From Bdellovibrionales bacterium (GTDB taxonomy: Bacteria > Bdellovibrionota > Bdellovibrionia > Bdellovibrionales > UBA1609): a stretch of DNA of 64,000 nucleotides. Every line of letters begins with the position of its first letter. Within the stretch, counting starts at the first letter, position 1. Position numbers and translations under genes: made by a program. The stretch is from assembly GCA_965205945.1 (NCBI GenBank), contig CBDBIB010000001.1:192001-256000 (forward strand). Reading direction: 5' to 3'. The notes beneath the pieces were generated by a model. That model saw nothing but the letters and a program-made list of their open reading frames with translations, was not told the origin of the DNA and ran no database searches. Below are positions 10,027 through 19,269 of the stretch, piece by piece.

Positions 10027-10405
10027 GTTACTATTTCGGACTCTTTTACTCTTTATTAAACAGGGTTTTAGTCCATGGCCTTACAAACTTATTAGAAACT
10101 AATAAACACCAAGATACATCAACTTAAAATAAAAATCTAATTACGATTATTGTGATCTTTAAACAGTTTAACTCCTTAAAACAACTAAATGCCCTAGCTA
10201 ATTCTTTATAAAAATTTATTTTTCTTCTGTTTACTCATTCCTCTAACTCTTTATTTTAGATTCTTTAAAAGTTTTCGGTTCTTCTGCATCTTTTAATCTA
10301 TTCTTTTAACTATAAATTAAAAACAACAAAGCCAATAGAGTCAAAAAATTAGAACCTAACATGATTTTAAAAAGCCTCTATTTTTATCTAATAAAATAAC
10401 CTTTA

Positions 10406-11248
10406 TTAAATATTAGTTACAGAAGAATACACAGATCGACTGTCTAAGATTTTTTTCAACATAAACCTTTTAAATTGAGTATCATTGTCATCAATGCCAA
10501 CAACAAAACCTAAACCTTGAGTCTTCATTACCAAGCCTTTAGCCGTAAGCTTTCTCCACTGATTCTTCTTTGATCCTTTTGAATACATTAGTTCAAAATC
10601 CCCTTCAACACCACAGGCTTTAACCATATCTTGAAATTTTGGGTTTTCCTCAACCAGAGCCCTTATGGAAAAATTTTTAAATAAGAGTTCATCTTTTTGC
10701 ATAGCTACAAGGTCATCTAAGTTAACCATACCCTCTGTGAGTTTAAAAAAAACTTCCATACAAGCCTGAGCATCTTGCATTGCTCTATGATTCGGGCTAG
10801 TTAAAATCTTAAAGTATTGTGTTAAATACTTTAACCTATGAGTGATTAGCTTAGGATATTTTTGAAGAGATATTAAACTTGTACAAAAATTAAATGTTCT
10901 AAAACTATCTAACCACCAGGGTTTATCAAAATACTGATCAAACTCAACGGCCAAAAAAACCTAAGTCAAAGGGCAGATTATGCCCAAGAAGTGAGGCTTC
11001 ATCAATAAATTCTAAAATCTTAGGCAGGACTTTGTCTATACTAGGTGCTTTTTTTAAGGATTCCAGAGACAAACCATGAATGGTCTGAGCTTTTTCATCC
11101 ATTTTTTTTTGAGGACGGATTAAAGACTCAAAACGATTTAAAATGCCTGTGCGATCAAATTAATCATAGCTATTTCACAAATTTCACTACTCAAAGGGTA
11201 TTTTCCTGTTGTTTCTAAGTCTATAGCTATAAATTTATGATCTTTCAT
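10406..11248 (-). pseudogene. DEDDh 3'-5' exonuclease (DnaQ-like) with WYL-like C-terminus, interrupted by two frameshifts
   Basis: MKDHKFIAIDLETTG from ATG 11248; second frame has TIHG and GHNLPFDLGF; third frame has HRAMQDA; shifts at ~11160 and in the T7 run at 10953-10959. Confidence 0.8.
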
Positions 11249-11335
11249 AAAACCTCCACAATAATTACCCAAATACTACCTTTTTTAGCATGATAAATAG
11301 AATATTTAATATTTTAATTGTAGTATAAGGCTATA

Positions 11336-12914
11336 GTGAAATACATCATGCTTTTTCTTTTTTTCTTCTTAAGCGAATCCGTGCTTTCTAAAGGTTTATT
11401 TGAGCTTGGAAAACAACCTATCAATAAAAAACCTTTACATATAAAGCAGACCTTAACAAAGCTTTTAAACGACTCTTCTAATAAAAAAGGTTTTATCACT
11501 GTTGACCTAAATCTAGCAAAAAATTATAAAGCATATAACGATATTTTTAAAGTATCCTCCCCAGATAAACCTTTTTTAAAGATTTCAAAACCTAAAGTGT
11601 CTCCTCTTTTTCCTTACATAGATAAATTTAACGATAAAAAAAAGCGTCTTGTTATAAAAGATAATGCTACAATGAGATTCTCCCTCTCTTCACCAGAAGT
11701 ACTCTCAGGAACTTACAAATTTTTATTAACATATCAAGCCTGCACCAAAAATCACTGCCTACTCCCACAAGATATAGCTTTTAATGCAAACTTTCCAATT
11801 ATTAAAAACTCTACAAAAAAATCTTTAAAATTTTTCACTTAAAAATATTTTTAAAAATATCGACACTATACCTTTATGGCTGATTTTATTGGCTACTTAT
11901 CTATTTGGGTTGCTTACAGCCTTCACCCCATGTGTTTTCCCCATGGTTCCTATAACTCTGGGGATTTTAGGCTTTAGTGCCACGTCAAGCAGACTTAAAG
12001 GCTTTATAATTGGTTTTACCTATGCCCTAGGTCTTTCCCTAACTTATGCCTTAGTTGGTGTTGCAGCTGCAATGACTGGTGGCTTTGTAGGACAATCTTT
12101 AACAAATCCCTATATTGTTTGGGGGATTTTTATATTTTATATTTTTACAGCCTTTTCTATAGCTGGATTTTTTACTATCAAAGCCCCTAAGCTAATAAAG
12201 CAACACTTCACTAAAATTAAACACAAGGGCCTAATTGGAGCTTTTTTAACAGGAGCTGTGGCTGGTATTATTGCAAGCCCTTGTGTTGGGCCTGCCGTTG
12301 TAGCTGTTCTTGCCTACGTTGCTCAAACAGGAAATCCTAGTTTTGGGTTTATAACACTTTTTATGTTTGGAATGGGTCTTGGAACACTTTTTATTCTTGT
12401 TGGAATGTTTTATGGAGAAATCAACTCTCGATTAAAATCCGGGAAATGGTTAAACTATGTAAAGTACGTTTTAGCATTCTTAATCCTCTTAGGGGCTCTT
12501 CTTTTCATAAAACCTCACCTTACATTTTTTAAAAATTCTCATTCACATGGACAAAAAAAAGCCTCCAGTCTTTGGACTAACTACTCAAAAGAACTTCTTA
12601 ACAGTGCAAGAAAACAAAAAAAAGCTATTATTATTGATTTTAGAGCAGATTGGTGCGCTGCTTGTCATGAATTAGATAAGGATACTTTTTCTACAGCTGG
12701 CTTTAAAAAAGAAACCAGCAGCATTAAACTTTTAAAGTTTGATGCGACCAGGCCGAATAAAACTGAACAAAAAGAACTTGAATTCTTTAAAGTTTTTGGC
12801 TTGCCCACAATTTTATTTATTGATTCTAATGGAAAAATTAGACATGACTTAACCTTAACCGGATTTGAAAAATGGCCAGAATTTCAAAAAAGACTGCAAG
12901 CTTTAAAAAAATAA
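11336..12914 (+). pseudogene. dsbD: Thiol:disulfide interchange protein DsbD, split by one frameshift
   Basis: ORF 11336-11842 has DsbD-N motif YQACTKNHCLLP; ORF 11889-12914 has TPCVFPM, SPCVGP, ADWCAAC; removing one base near 11827-11835 fuses them. Confidence 0.85.
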
Positions 12915-13702
12915 AAACCTATCAAAAAGCGTCTTCATACAAAAAAAATGTTGATCAAATTAGACTTAATAGATTTCTTGCTTTATGCGGAATCTCAAGT
13001 CGAAGAAAAGCTGATGAACATATTAAAGAGGGTCTTATTACTATTAATGGTAAAAAAATTTTTGAAATGGGATATAAAGTAACTCCTTTAACTGATACTG
13101 TTCTTTTTAAAGGAAAACCTGTTAAAATATTTAAAAACTACACCTACCTTGTGGCATACAAGCCAAGAAATGTTTTAACTACATTATCTGATCCTTTAAA
13201 TCGGCCTACAATTAAGGATTTTATTCCTAAAAAGTATAAAAAAAAGACTCTCTTCCCCATAGGAAGACTTGATTGGCAAAGTGAAGGGCTTTTAATTTTA
13301 ACCAATGATGGTGAATTTGCACAAAATATTCTACATCCGAATAAAAATGTTCCAAAAACTTATGAAGTAAAGGTTGAAGGAAAAGTTTTAGAAAAAGATC
13401 TTAATAAGCTAATTAAAGGCGTCACTATCCCTGGCGGTAAAGCCTACGCCATCCAAGCTAACACTATTAAAAAATCTTTAACAGGGTCACATACATGGCT
13501 TAAAATCACTGTTGTTGAAGGACGCAACCGTTTAATTAGAAAAATGATGGACAAACTAGGCTATAGTGTGATGAGGCTTCGTAGAATTTGCATTGGAAAC
13601 CTTAAAGTAGGCCATCTAAAAGCTGGTGATGTAACTGAACTTTCTATTGAGAAAAAAAACCTTGTTTTTCAAACTCCCTCGTATTTAAAAAAACTCCTCT
13701 AA
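12872..13702 (+). CDS. rRNA pseudouridine synthase, RsuA/RluB family
   Basis: S4 domain (RLNRFLALCGISSRRKAD), GRLD catalytic motif, EGRNRLIRKM. Confidence 0.93.
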   Translation: MARISKKTASFKKIKTYQKASSYKKNVDQIRLNRFLALCGISSRRKADEHIKEGLITINGKKIFEMGYKVTPLTDTVLFKGKPVKIFKNYTYLVAYKPRNVLTTLSDPLNRPTIKDFIPKKYKKKTLFPIGRLDWQSEGLLILTNDGEFAQNILHPNKNVPKTYEVKVEGKVLEKDLNKLIKGVTIPGGKAYAIQANTIKKSLTGSHTWLKITVVEGRNRLIRKMMDKLGYSVMRLRRICIGNLKVGHLKAGDVTELSIEKKNLVFQTPSYLKKLL

Positions 13703-14325
13703 CTGTCTTAAAATAAGAAACTAAACCTTATTCTGCAACATTCTAAACACTATTCAGGCCAATTTAGACGATTTTTTATAAATTATGGCTTAATTTAATT
13801 CAAAATCAGAAAATTCTATAGATTTTCTTTAATTCCTAAACAGCTATTTTTCATTTTTTCCGACTAACTTAATATGAATATAAAATTGTCTTTTAACATG
13901 CTTCGACCTATACTTTTTTTCCTGTGTGGCCTTGGCTACTTCCCCTTACAAAGTGCAGATCAAAGTGATAAAGAAAAGATTTCTTTAATAAAAAAAATCC
14001 AGAATAAAGAAACAAAAAAAGATCAAAAATACTTAATAAATTTAGATATTAAAAAACCTTTAAACTAATCAAGTAAGCACCCTAATTATTCTTTAAAATT
14101 AGACCTTATCTAAACTCAATTAGATCCTCTAAACTGTCATAGCCATATTTATAAACTTAACCTAAAAACACACAAGGCTTTTGCGTATTTTTGTTAATAA
14201 TAAAAAAAATTATTTCCTTTAAATTCATTCATTTAAATAGATTGCTAAATTTTTAAAAACCTTTTTTAAGATTGATCGGTTTTTAAAATATGCTATAAAA
14301 CTTATAACAAGTTAAGGATGATTAT

Positions 14326-14721
14326 ATGAGTTCAGTTTTTACAAAAATAATCAATGGTAAGCTTCCCTCCTATAAAGTTTATGAAGATAATAAAGTCTTA
14401 TCTTTTTTAGCTCTTGAGCAAATCAATTTAGGGCACTGTTTAATTGTTCCTAAAACTGAAATAGATCATTTTTTTGATGTGGAAAAAAAAGAGTATGAGC
14501 ATATGTTTAATATCTCTAAAAAAGTATCAAAAGCTATAAGAACAGTGACAAATTGTGTTCGTGTGGGTTTAGCTATTCAGGGATTTGAAATTCACCATAC
14601 ACATATTCATTTGATTCCTCTTTGGAAGCCTGAGGAGTTTAGTTTCACCAATCAAAAAAAACGGACCAAAGAAGAGATGCTATTAATAAAGAATAAAATT
14701 ATTACGGCCTTAGAAAAATGA
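14326..14721 (+). CDS. HIT family nucleotide hydrolase
   Basis: SVFTKII, GHCLIVPK, HTHIHLIP histidine triad. Confidence 0.93.
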   Translation: MSSVFTKIINGKLPSYKVYEDNKVLSFLALEQINLGHCLIVPKTEIDHFFDVEKKEYEHMFNISKKVSKAIRTVTNCVRVGLAIQGFEIHHTHIHLIPLWKPEEFSFTNQKKRTKEEMLLIKNKIITALEK

Positions 14722-15176
14722 AAAAATATTTTCTTATAATTATTTTATCACTTATAACTTCATGGGCTAAAGCAGAGTTAAACTTTTCTATTCGTATGAC
14801 ATCTGGTGTTATGAAACTAGTATCTAGTTTAGACACTCAAAAATATATAGAATCTGAAATTAATGTTGGCTATAGGCTTTCTCAAGCCTTAAACCTACAA
14901 GGGGCAGCCTTTACAAGATTTACTAATAAGAAAGAATATTGGGGCCTTCAAGTGTTGACTCCCTTAACATTAATAGTGTCTAGACATTTTTTAAGCTCAT
15001 ATTTTGCTCCAGGATATAGGTACATGAATGACAGCTACAGCTCTCCCATACTTGAAGGAGGTTTAAAATTTTATTTTCTAAAAGGGTTTGGCCTAGGTTA
15101 TAGGTTTATTTTTAATGAGTGGGTTAAAAATGGGCTTAAAACAGAAAGTCAATTTTTTATTTCCATTAGTTTGTAA
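14718..15176 (+). CDS. Hypothetical exported protein, possible small beta-barrel
   Basis: Signal peptide ending AKA; alternating hydrophobic strands, ends FFISISL. Confidence 0.6.
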   Translation: MKKYFLIIILSLITSWAKAELNFSIRMTSGVMKLVSSLDTQKYIESEINVGYRLSQALNLQGAAFTRFTNKKEYWGLQVLTPLTLIVSRHFLSSYFAPGYRYMNDSYSSPILEGGLKFYFLKGFGLGYRFIFNEWVKNGLKTESQFFISISL

Positions 15177-15253
15177 CGATCACTTGCAACTAAATGTGTC
15201 CTCCTTATATTCTTGTAACTAGATTAAACTTTTGATTGAATTAGGGGATTTAT

Positions 15254-15817
15254 ATGATTCAAATTATTGTTGCAACCAATAGAAAAGATTCTCGCTCAGG
15301 TTTATTGGCTAAAAATATACAGAAAAGATTTCAGAAATTAGACATAACCTCTGAAATTATGAATTTATCTAAAATTTCATGGAGTGAGCTTGAGCATAAT
15401 TTATATGGAACAGATAATGTTCCAATCTCTATGAAGCCAATGATTCAAAAGATCAATGAGGCTGATGGGCTTTATATTGTCTGCCCCGAATACAATGGAT
15501 CTTTTCCAGGCGTAATTAAAGTGTTTATAGATTACTGGGATTACCCAAAATCCTTTGAAAAAAGACCCATTTGCTTTACCGGTCTTGGTGGAATGTTTGG
15601 AGGCTTAAGACCTGTAGAGCATTTACAACAAGTGTTTGGATATAGAAATGCTTTTATTTTTCCTGAACGTGTTTTTATACAAAATATATGGGAAACTCTT
15701 TCTTTAGAAGGGGTAATTTCTAATGATTCTATGAATCAATTATTAGACCAACAGACAGATGGTTTTAGTAAATTTATTAAAGGTTTAAAACAAAATGGAC
15801 TTCACTGTAACTCTTAA
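15254..15817 (+). CDS. NADPH-dependent FMN reductase
   Basis: TNRKDSRS, PEYNGSFPGVIK, GGLRPVEHL. Confidence 0.92.
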   Translation: MIQIIVATNRKDSRSGLLAKNIQKRFQKLDITSEIMNLSKISWSELEHNLYGTDNVPISMKPMIQKINEADGLYIVCPEYNGSFPGVIKVFIDYWDYPKSFEKRPICFTGLGGMFGGLRPVEHLQQVFGYRNAFIFPERVFIQNIWETLSLEGVISNDSMNQLLDQQTDGFSKFIKGLKQNGLHCNS

Positions 15818-15833
15818 AAAAAATAGGGACTGT

Positions 15834-16646
15834 ATGAGCTTAGAAGAATTATTTGAAACAATTTGGAATCAATATTCAGATTTAAATCCACAGGCAAAAA
15901 AAATACATGACCTTTTAGGGGCCAAAGAAAAAAAAATTTTAAATGATCATGTGGCTTATAGATCTGTAAATCTTCCTGATTTTGGTATTGATAAACTAAA
16001 AAAACCTTTTCTAGATGAGGGCTATAAAGCCTGCGGCAAATACAATTTTAAAAACAAAAAATTACGCGCTATTCATTTAGAACATGAAAATAAAAACCTT
16101 CCTAAAGTTTTTATAAGTGAACTTTTATTAGAAAAGTTATCAGAAAATACACAAAAGCTTTATAAAAATATACTTAAAAACGTGGTGCTTCCTTCAGGAA
16201 AAAAAGTACTAACATGCGGAAGACTTTGGAAAATTGATTATAAATCCTACCAAGAACTTTATAAAGAAAGTGAGTATGCCGCATGGCTAGCAGCTTTTGG
16301 TTACTGCGCAAATCACTTTACAATCAATATTAATAAACTTACCAACTTTAAAAGTATTAAAGATCTTAACCAATTTTTAGAAGATTCCGGCTATATTTTA
16401 AATTCAAATGGCGGAAAAATTAAAGGGTCTAAAAATATTTATTTAGAACAATCTTCTACTATGGCTGGTAAATTTGAGGTTAAATTCACAGACTGTATTA
16501 AAAAAATTCCATCTTGTTATTATGAATTTGCAAAAAGATATAAAATGGAGTCTGGTCAATTGTATCAAGGCTTTGTCCAAGATTCTGCAGACAAAATTTT
16601 TGAAAGTACAAATAATCCTTTTAACTCTACAAAAAAATCAAAATAA
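15834..16646 (+). CDS. DUF1338 family protein (2-oxoadipate dioxygenase/decarboxylase-like)
   Basis: NDHVAYR, PKVFISEL, ESEYAAW, NHFT, LEQSST, YYEFAKR, ADKIFEST. Confidence 0.88.
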   Translation: MSLEELFETIWNQYSDLNPQAKKIHDLLGAKEKKILNDHVAYRSVNLPDFGIDKLKKPFLDEGYKACGKYNFKNKKLRAIHLEHENKNLPKVFISELLLEKLSENTQKLYKNILKNVVLPSGKKVLTCGRLWKIDYKSYQELYKESEYAAWLAAFGYCANHFTININKLTNFKSIKDLNQFLEDSGYILNSNGGKIKGSKNIYLEQSSTMAGKFEVKFTDCIKKIPSCYYEFAKRYKMESGQLYQGFVQDSADKIFESTNNPFNSTKKSK

Positions 16647-16779
16647 TTAAAACCTATAAAACCAAGAGTAAACCCTCATAAATTTTTTTAAAAAAACCAT
16701 GCCCTGCATACATCATACATCTAAAGATGAATAGCTTTAGTTTCTAAAACCTCTAAAGATCCCATGGTCTTAAATAGCT

Positions 16780-16979
16780 CCTATTCCTACATAATCACCA
16801 AGAAGGTATCTCACAGCAAAGATCACTCTTAAACAAATCATAATCAAATAAAGCTATCCCTACCTCCTGACTCCCTCTTACCCACATGAAAAATTTTATT
16901 GGCGCCTTTCTCATCCCTTTCAGCCTCTTTTAGGGCTACATAGGAGCTTCTAATCTGTCTACTTTTTTGGGGAAGTCCA
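16780..16979 (-). mobile_element. Degraded IS3-family end remnant
   Basis: Minus strand from 16979 reads TGGACTTCCCCAAAAAAGTAGACAG; first 14 nt identical to the IS end at 31800; inner boundary uncertain. Confidence 0.55.
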
Positions 16980-17073
16980 CCGTGTAAATCTTACCTACCT
17001 TCACAAAATTAATTAACATATTACTACGAATCTATTATAAGAAGAAGCAACTAAATAAACTAACAACAAGACA

Positions 17074-17575
17074 AAAGGAGTTAGACAGTGAAAAAATTAA
17101 TCAATTTAACATTGTCAATATTTTTAGGATTAAGTGTAGGTGCTTTTGCATCGGAAGATATGACTCAAGAAAAATGCAAAATACTTTTAATAAAAAGTTT
17201 TGAAGAAAATGACAGAGAATCTCTTGACTTATTTTTAAATGATAGAATTAATTGCAAAGAGTTTTTTACAGATGAAGAAATAAATGAATTCGTAGTAGCT
17301 TTAATAATCCTTTCAATTCTACTAAATAATTAAAACCTATAAAACCAAAGGAGTTAGACAGTGAAAAAATTAATCAATTTAACATTGTCAATATTTTTAG
17401 GATTAAGTGTAGGTGCTTTTGCATCGGAAGATATGACTCAAGAAAAATGCAAAATACTTTTAATAAAAAGTTTTGAAGAAAATGACAGAGAATCTCTTGA
17501 CTTATTTTTAAATGATAGAATTAATTGCAAAGAGTTTTTTACAGATGAAGAAATAAATGAATTCGTAGTAGCTTT
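17074..17575 (+). repeat. 229-bp perfect direct repeat (17074-17302 / 17347-17575)
   Basis: Base-by-base identity from the RBS AAAGGAGTTAGACA through codon 71; offset 273. Confidence 0.95.
17088..17333 (+). CDS. Small exported protein, copy 1
   Basis: AGGAG RBS, GTG start, signal peptide ending AFA, two Cys. Confidence 0.7.
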   Translation: MKKLINLTLSIFLGLSVGAFASEDMTQEKCKILLIKSFEENDRESLDLFLNDRINCKEFFTDEEINEFVVALIILSILLNN

Positions 17576-17657
17576 TGTGTTAATAAAGCCATTAATTACA
17601 GCTCTACAAGTACCTACAAGGGTCATACTGAAAATAAAGGACTACTATACACTTTGA
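17361..17657 (+). CDS. Small exported protein, copy 2
   Basis: First 71 aa identical to copy 1, longer different C-terminus. Confidence 0.75.
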   Translation: MKKLINLTLSIFLGLSVGAFASEDMTQEKCKILLIKSFEENDRESLDLFLNDRINCKEFFTDEEINEFVVAFVLIKPLITALQVPTRVILKIKDYYTL

Positions 17658-17673
17658 TTAAAGAATACACCCA

Positions 17674-18375
17674 CTAACCATTATCATTAATATAATAATT
17701 AAAGTTAAAATCTTTTTCTGGAATCAGTGCTTGCCTGATGTCTAAATACCAAAATTTTCTTTGACTATCCCATCTAAACCCTGCTTGACGAGGTTTATGT
17801 CTTTCATCATAGCTTACTTGAGCGATTACTTGAACAAGTGGAGAGCTTGCAATACTTACAATAGTTTCAAAATCGTATTGAGCCATAAGTTTAAGCGTTG
17901 TTAAAACATCAGTAATAGCCCTGTGAGGAAATGGGTTCATAAAACCATGTTCACATGCAAGGTAAGAAAGTTTTCTTGTTCCTACACTATCTGGAAAAGG
18001 AAGGTCAATTTGAGTATCAATCCATTTTTTTTCAGGCATTTTAAAACCAATAGATTTATAAGTGTGTTCTAAAAAAGGTTTATCAAAACTTGTTCCATTG
18101 TGAGCAACGATATAATCAGCAGCTTTTATAAGTTTAGAGAGCTCATCAAGACATTCGCGAAGAGGTTTTCCCCATTTACGAACCTCAGCTGCTTTTAAGC
18201 CAATTAGATTTTCGATTTCTAAAGGAATTTCTGATTTAAAATCTCCATTAAATTTTGAAAAAAGATAAATAGGTCTTTTCTCTTTAACATTCCAAAGAGC
18301 AGCTCCAAATTCCAAAATATCACATTCACTCTTATCTAATCCAGAAGTTTCTAAGTCTAAACCTAATACTAACAT
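17674..18375 (-). CDS. DEDDh 3'-5' exonuclease (DnaQ-like)
   Basis: GLDLETSG, VAHNGTSFD, WIDT, HRAITDV; short C-terminal GFRWD domain. Confidence 0.9.
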   Translation of the reverse strand: MLVLGLDLETSGLDKSECDILEFGAALWNVKEKRPIYLFSKFNGDFKSEIPLEIENLIGLKAAEVRKWGKPLRECLDELSKLIKAADYIVAHNGTSFDKPFLEHTYKSIGFKMPEKKWIDTQIDLPFPDSVGTRKLSYLACEHGFMNPFPHRAITDVLTTLKLMAQYDFETIVSIASSPLVQVIAQVSYDERHKPRQAGFRWDSQRKFWYLDIRQALIPEKDFNFNYYINDNG

Positions 18376-18408
18376 ATGTGCCTTTGTTTAAAATACATAA
18401 AAAAACCT

Positions 18409-18774
18409 TGAGTTTTCAATAAGCCGGATTCTGTCTAAGTGGTAGGTAAATATTTTTTTTACCACTTAGTGACGATCATTCCTCTAGGGTTTGGATTACT
18501 CCAGACCTCAAGCAACCTACCCGAAAGCTTCATGCGAGCAGCACTCAAACGCTTTCCTATTTAGTTTTGCTTCGTGCAGAAGTTTAGCTGTTTTCACTCC
18601 GCTCAACTCCTCAGGCGCCTCTCTTTCTTAGCATCCTGGATCATAGCCGCGGATATTCTCTCTGTTCCACTAGTCCTCACCTTACGATGGAAGGGCATTA
18701 CCCTTTACACTGCTCTACGAAGTCCGGACTTTCCTCCCACACTCTAAGGTGTCGACGATCATCTTTAAAACTCA
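18409..18774 (-). ncRNA. rnpB: RNase P RNA
   Basis: Minus strand has GAGGAAAGTCCGGAC and ACAGAATCCGGCTTA (P4), with complementary ends GAGTTTT...AAAACTC (P1). Confidence 0.97.
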
Positions 18775-18780
18775 GCAAGC

Positions 18781-18809
18781 ATAATATCATTAAAAAATAA
18801 GACTGTCTC
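18781..18809 (-). promoter_or_regulatory. Possible sigma70 promoter of rnpB
   Basis: GAGACA-N17-TATTAT ending 6 nt before the RNA 5' end. Confidence 0.5.
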
Positions 18810-19269
18810 TACTTTGTAAAGCTTTTTTTAAAGTAATCATCTTAGATTTATTTAAGAAATCATTACTTTAAAGCCATCACCTTACCCCTTAAAATCTTTC
18901 ACCCTTCTTTACTTTAAAGATTAAAATCGATATTTTATATATTAAACTGTAAATTAAAAAATTTTAAAATTTGACAAAGCGCTTTAATTTTGAGCTTTTT
19001 AAGAAGAATATTCAAAAATGTTCATTCTACTAAGACCATAAATAAAAAAATTATCTTCACCATTACCTTAAGCAGGATTTTTAATAACGATATTCTAATA
19101 GCCTTTAAGTTATTAAAGCAAGAATAGCTTTTCTTCCTTGTTCTAAAAAATAAATTATTTTATTTTAAAGAATAAAAATCTGGTAAAAGTTTATAGCATT
19201 TAATTTCATATATAGTTGCTATAATTTTATCAATAAATAGCTTTAATATGTAAACCTCTCATCGAAATA

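Noticed and set aside
13874..14068. 64-aa ORF with a hydrophobic N-terminus
   Set aside because: No SD or family motif and a low-complexity Lys-rich tail; possibly a remnant, not enough to call.
17074..17575. Tandem repeat as a CRISPR array or diversity-generating retroelement template/variable pair
   Set aside because: Only two 229-bp coding copies, no spacers, no adenine-specific mismatches, and no cas or reverse transcriptase gene in the window.
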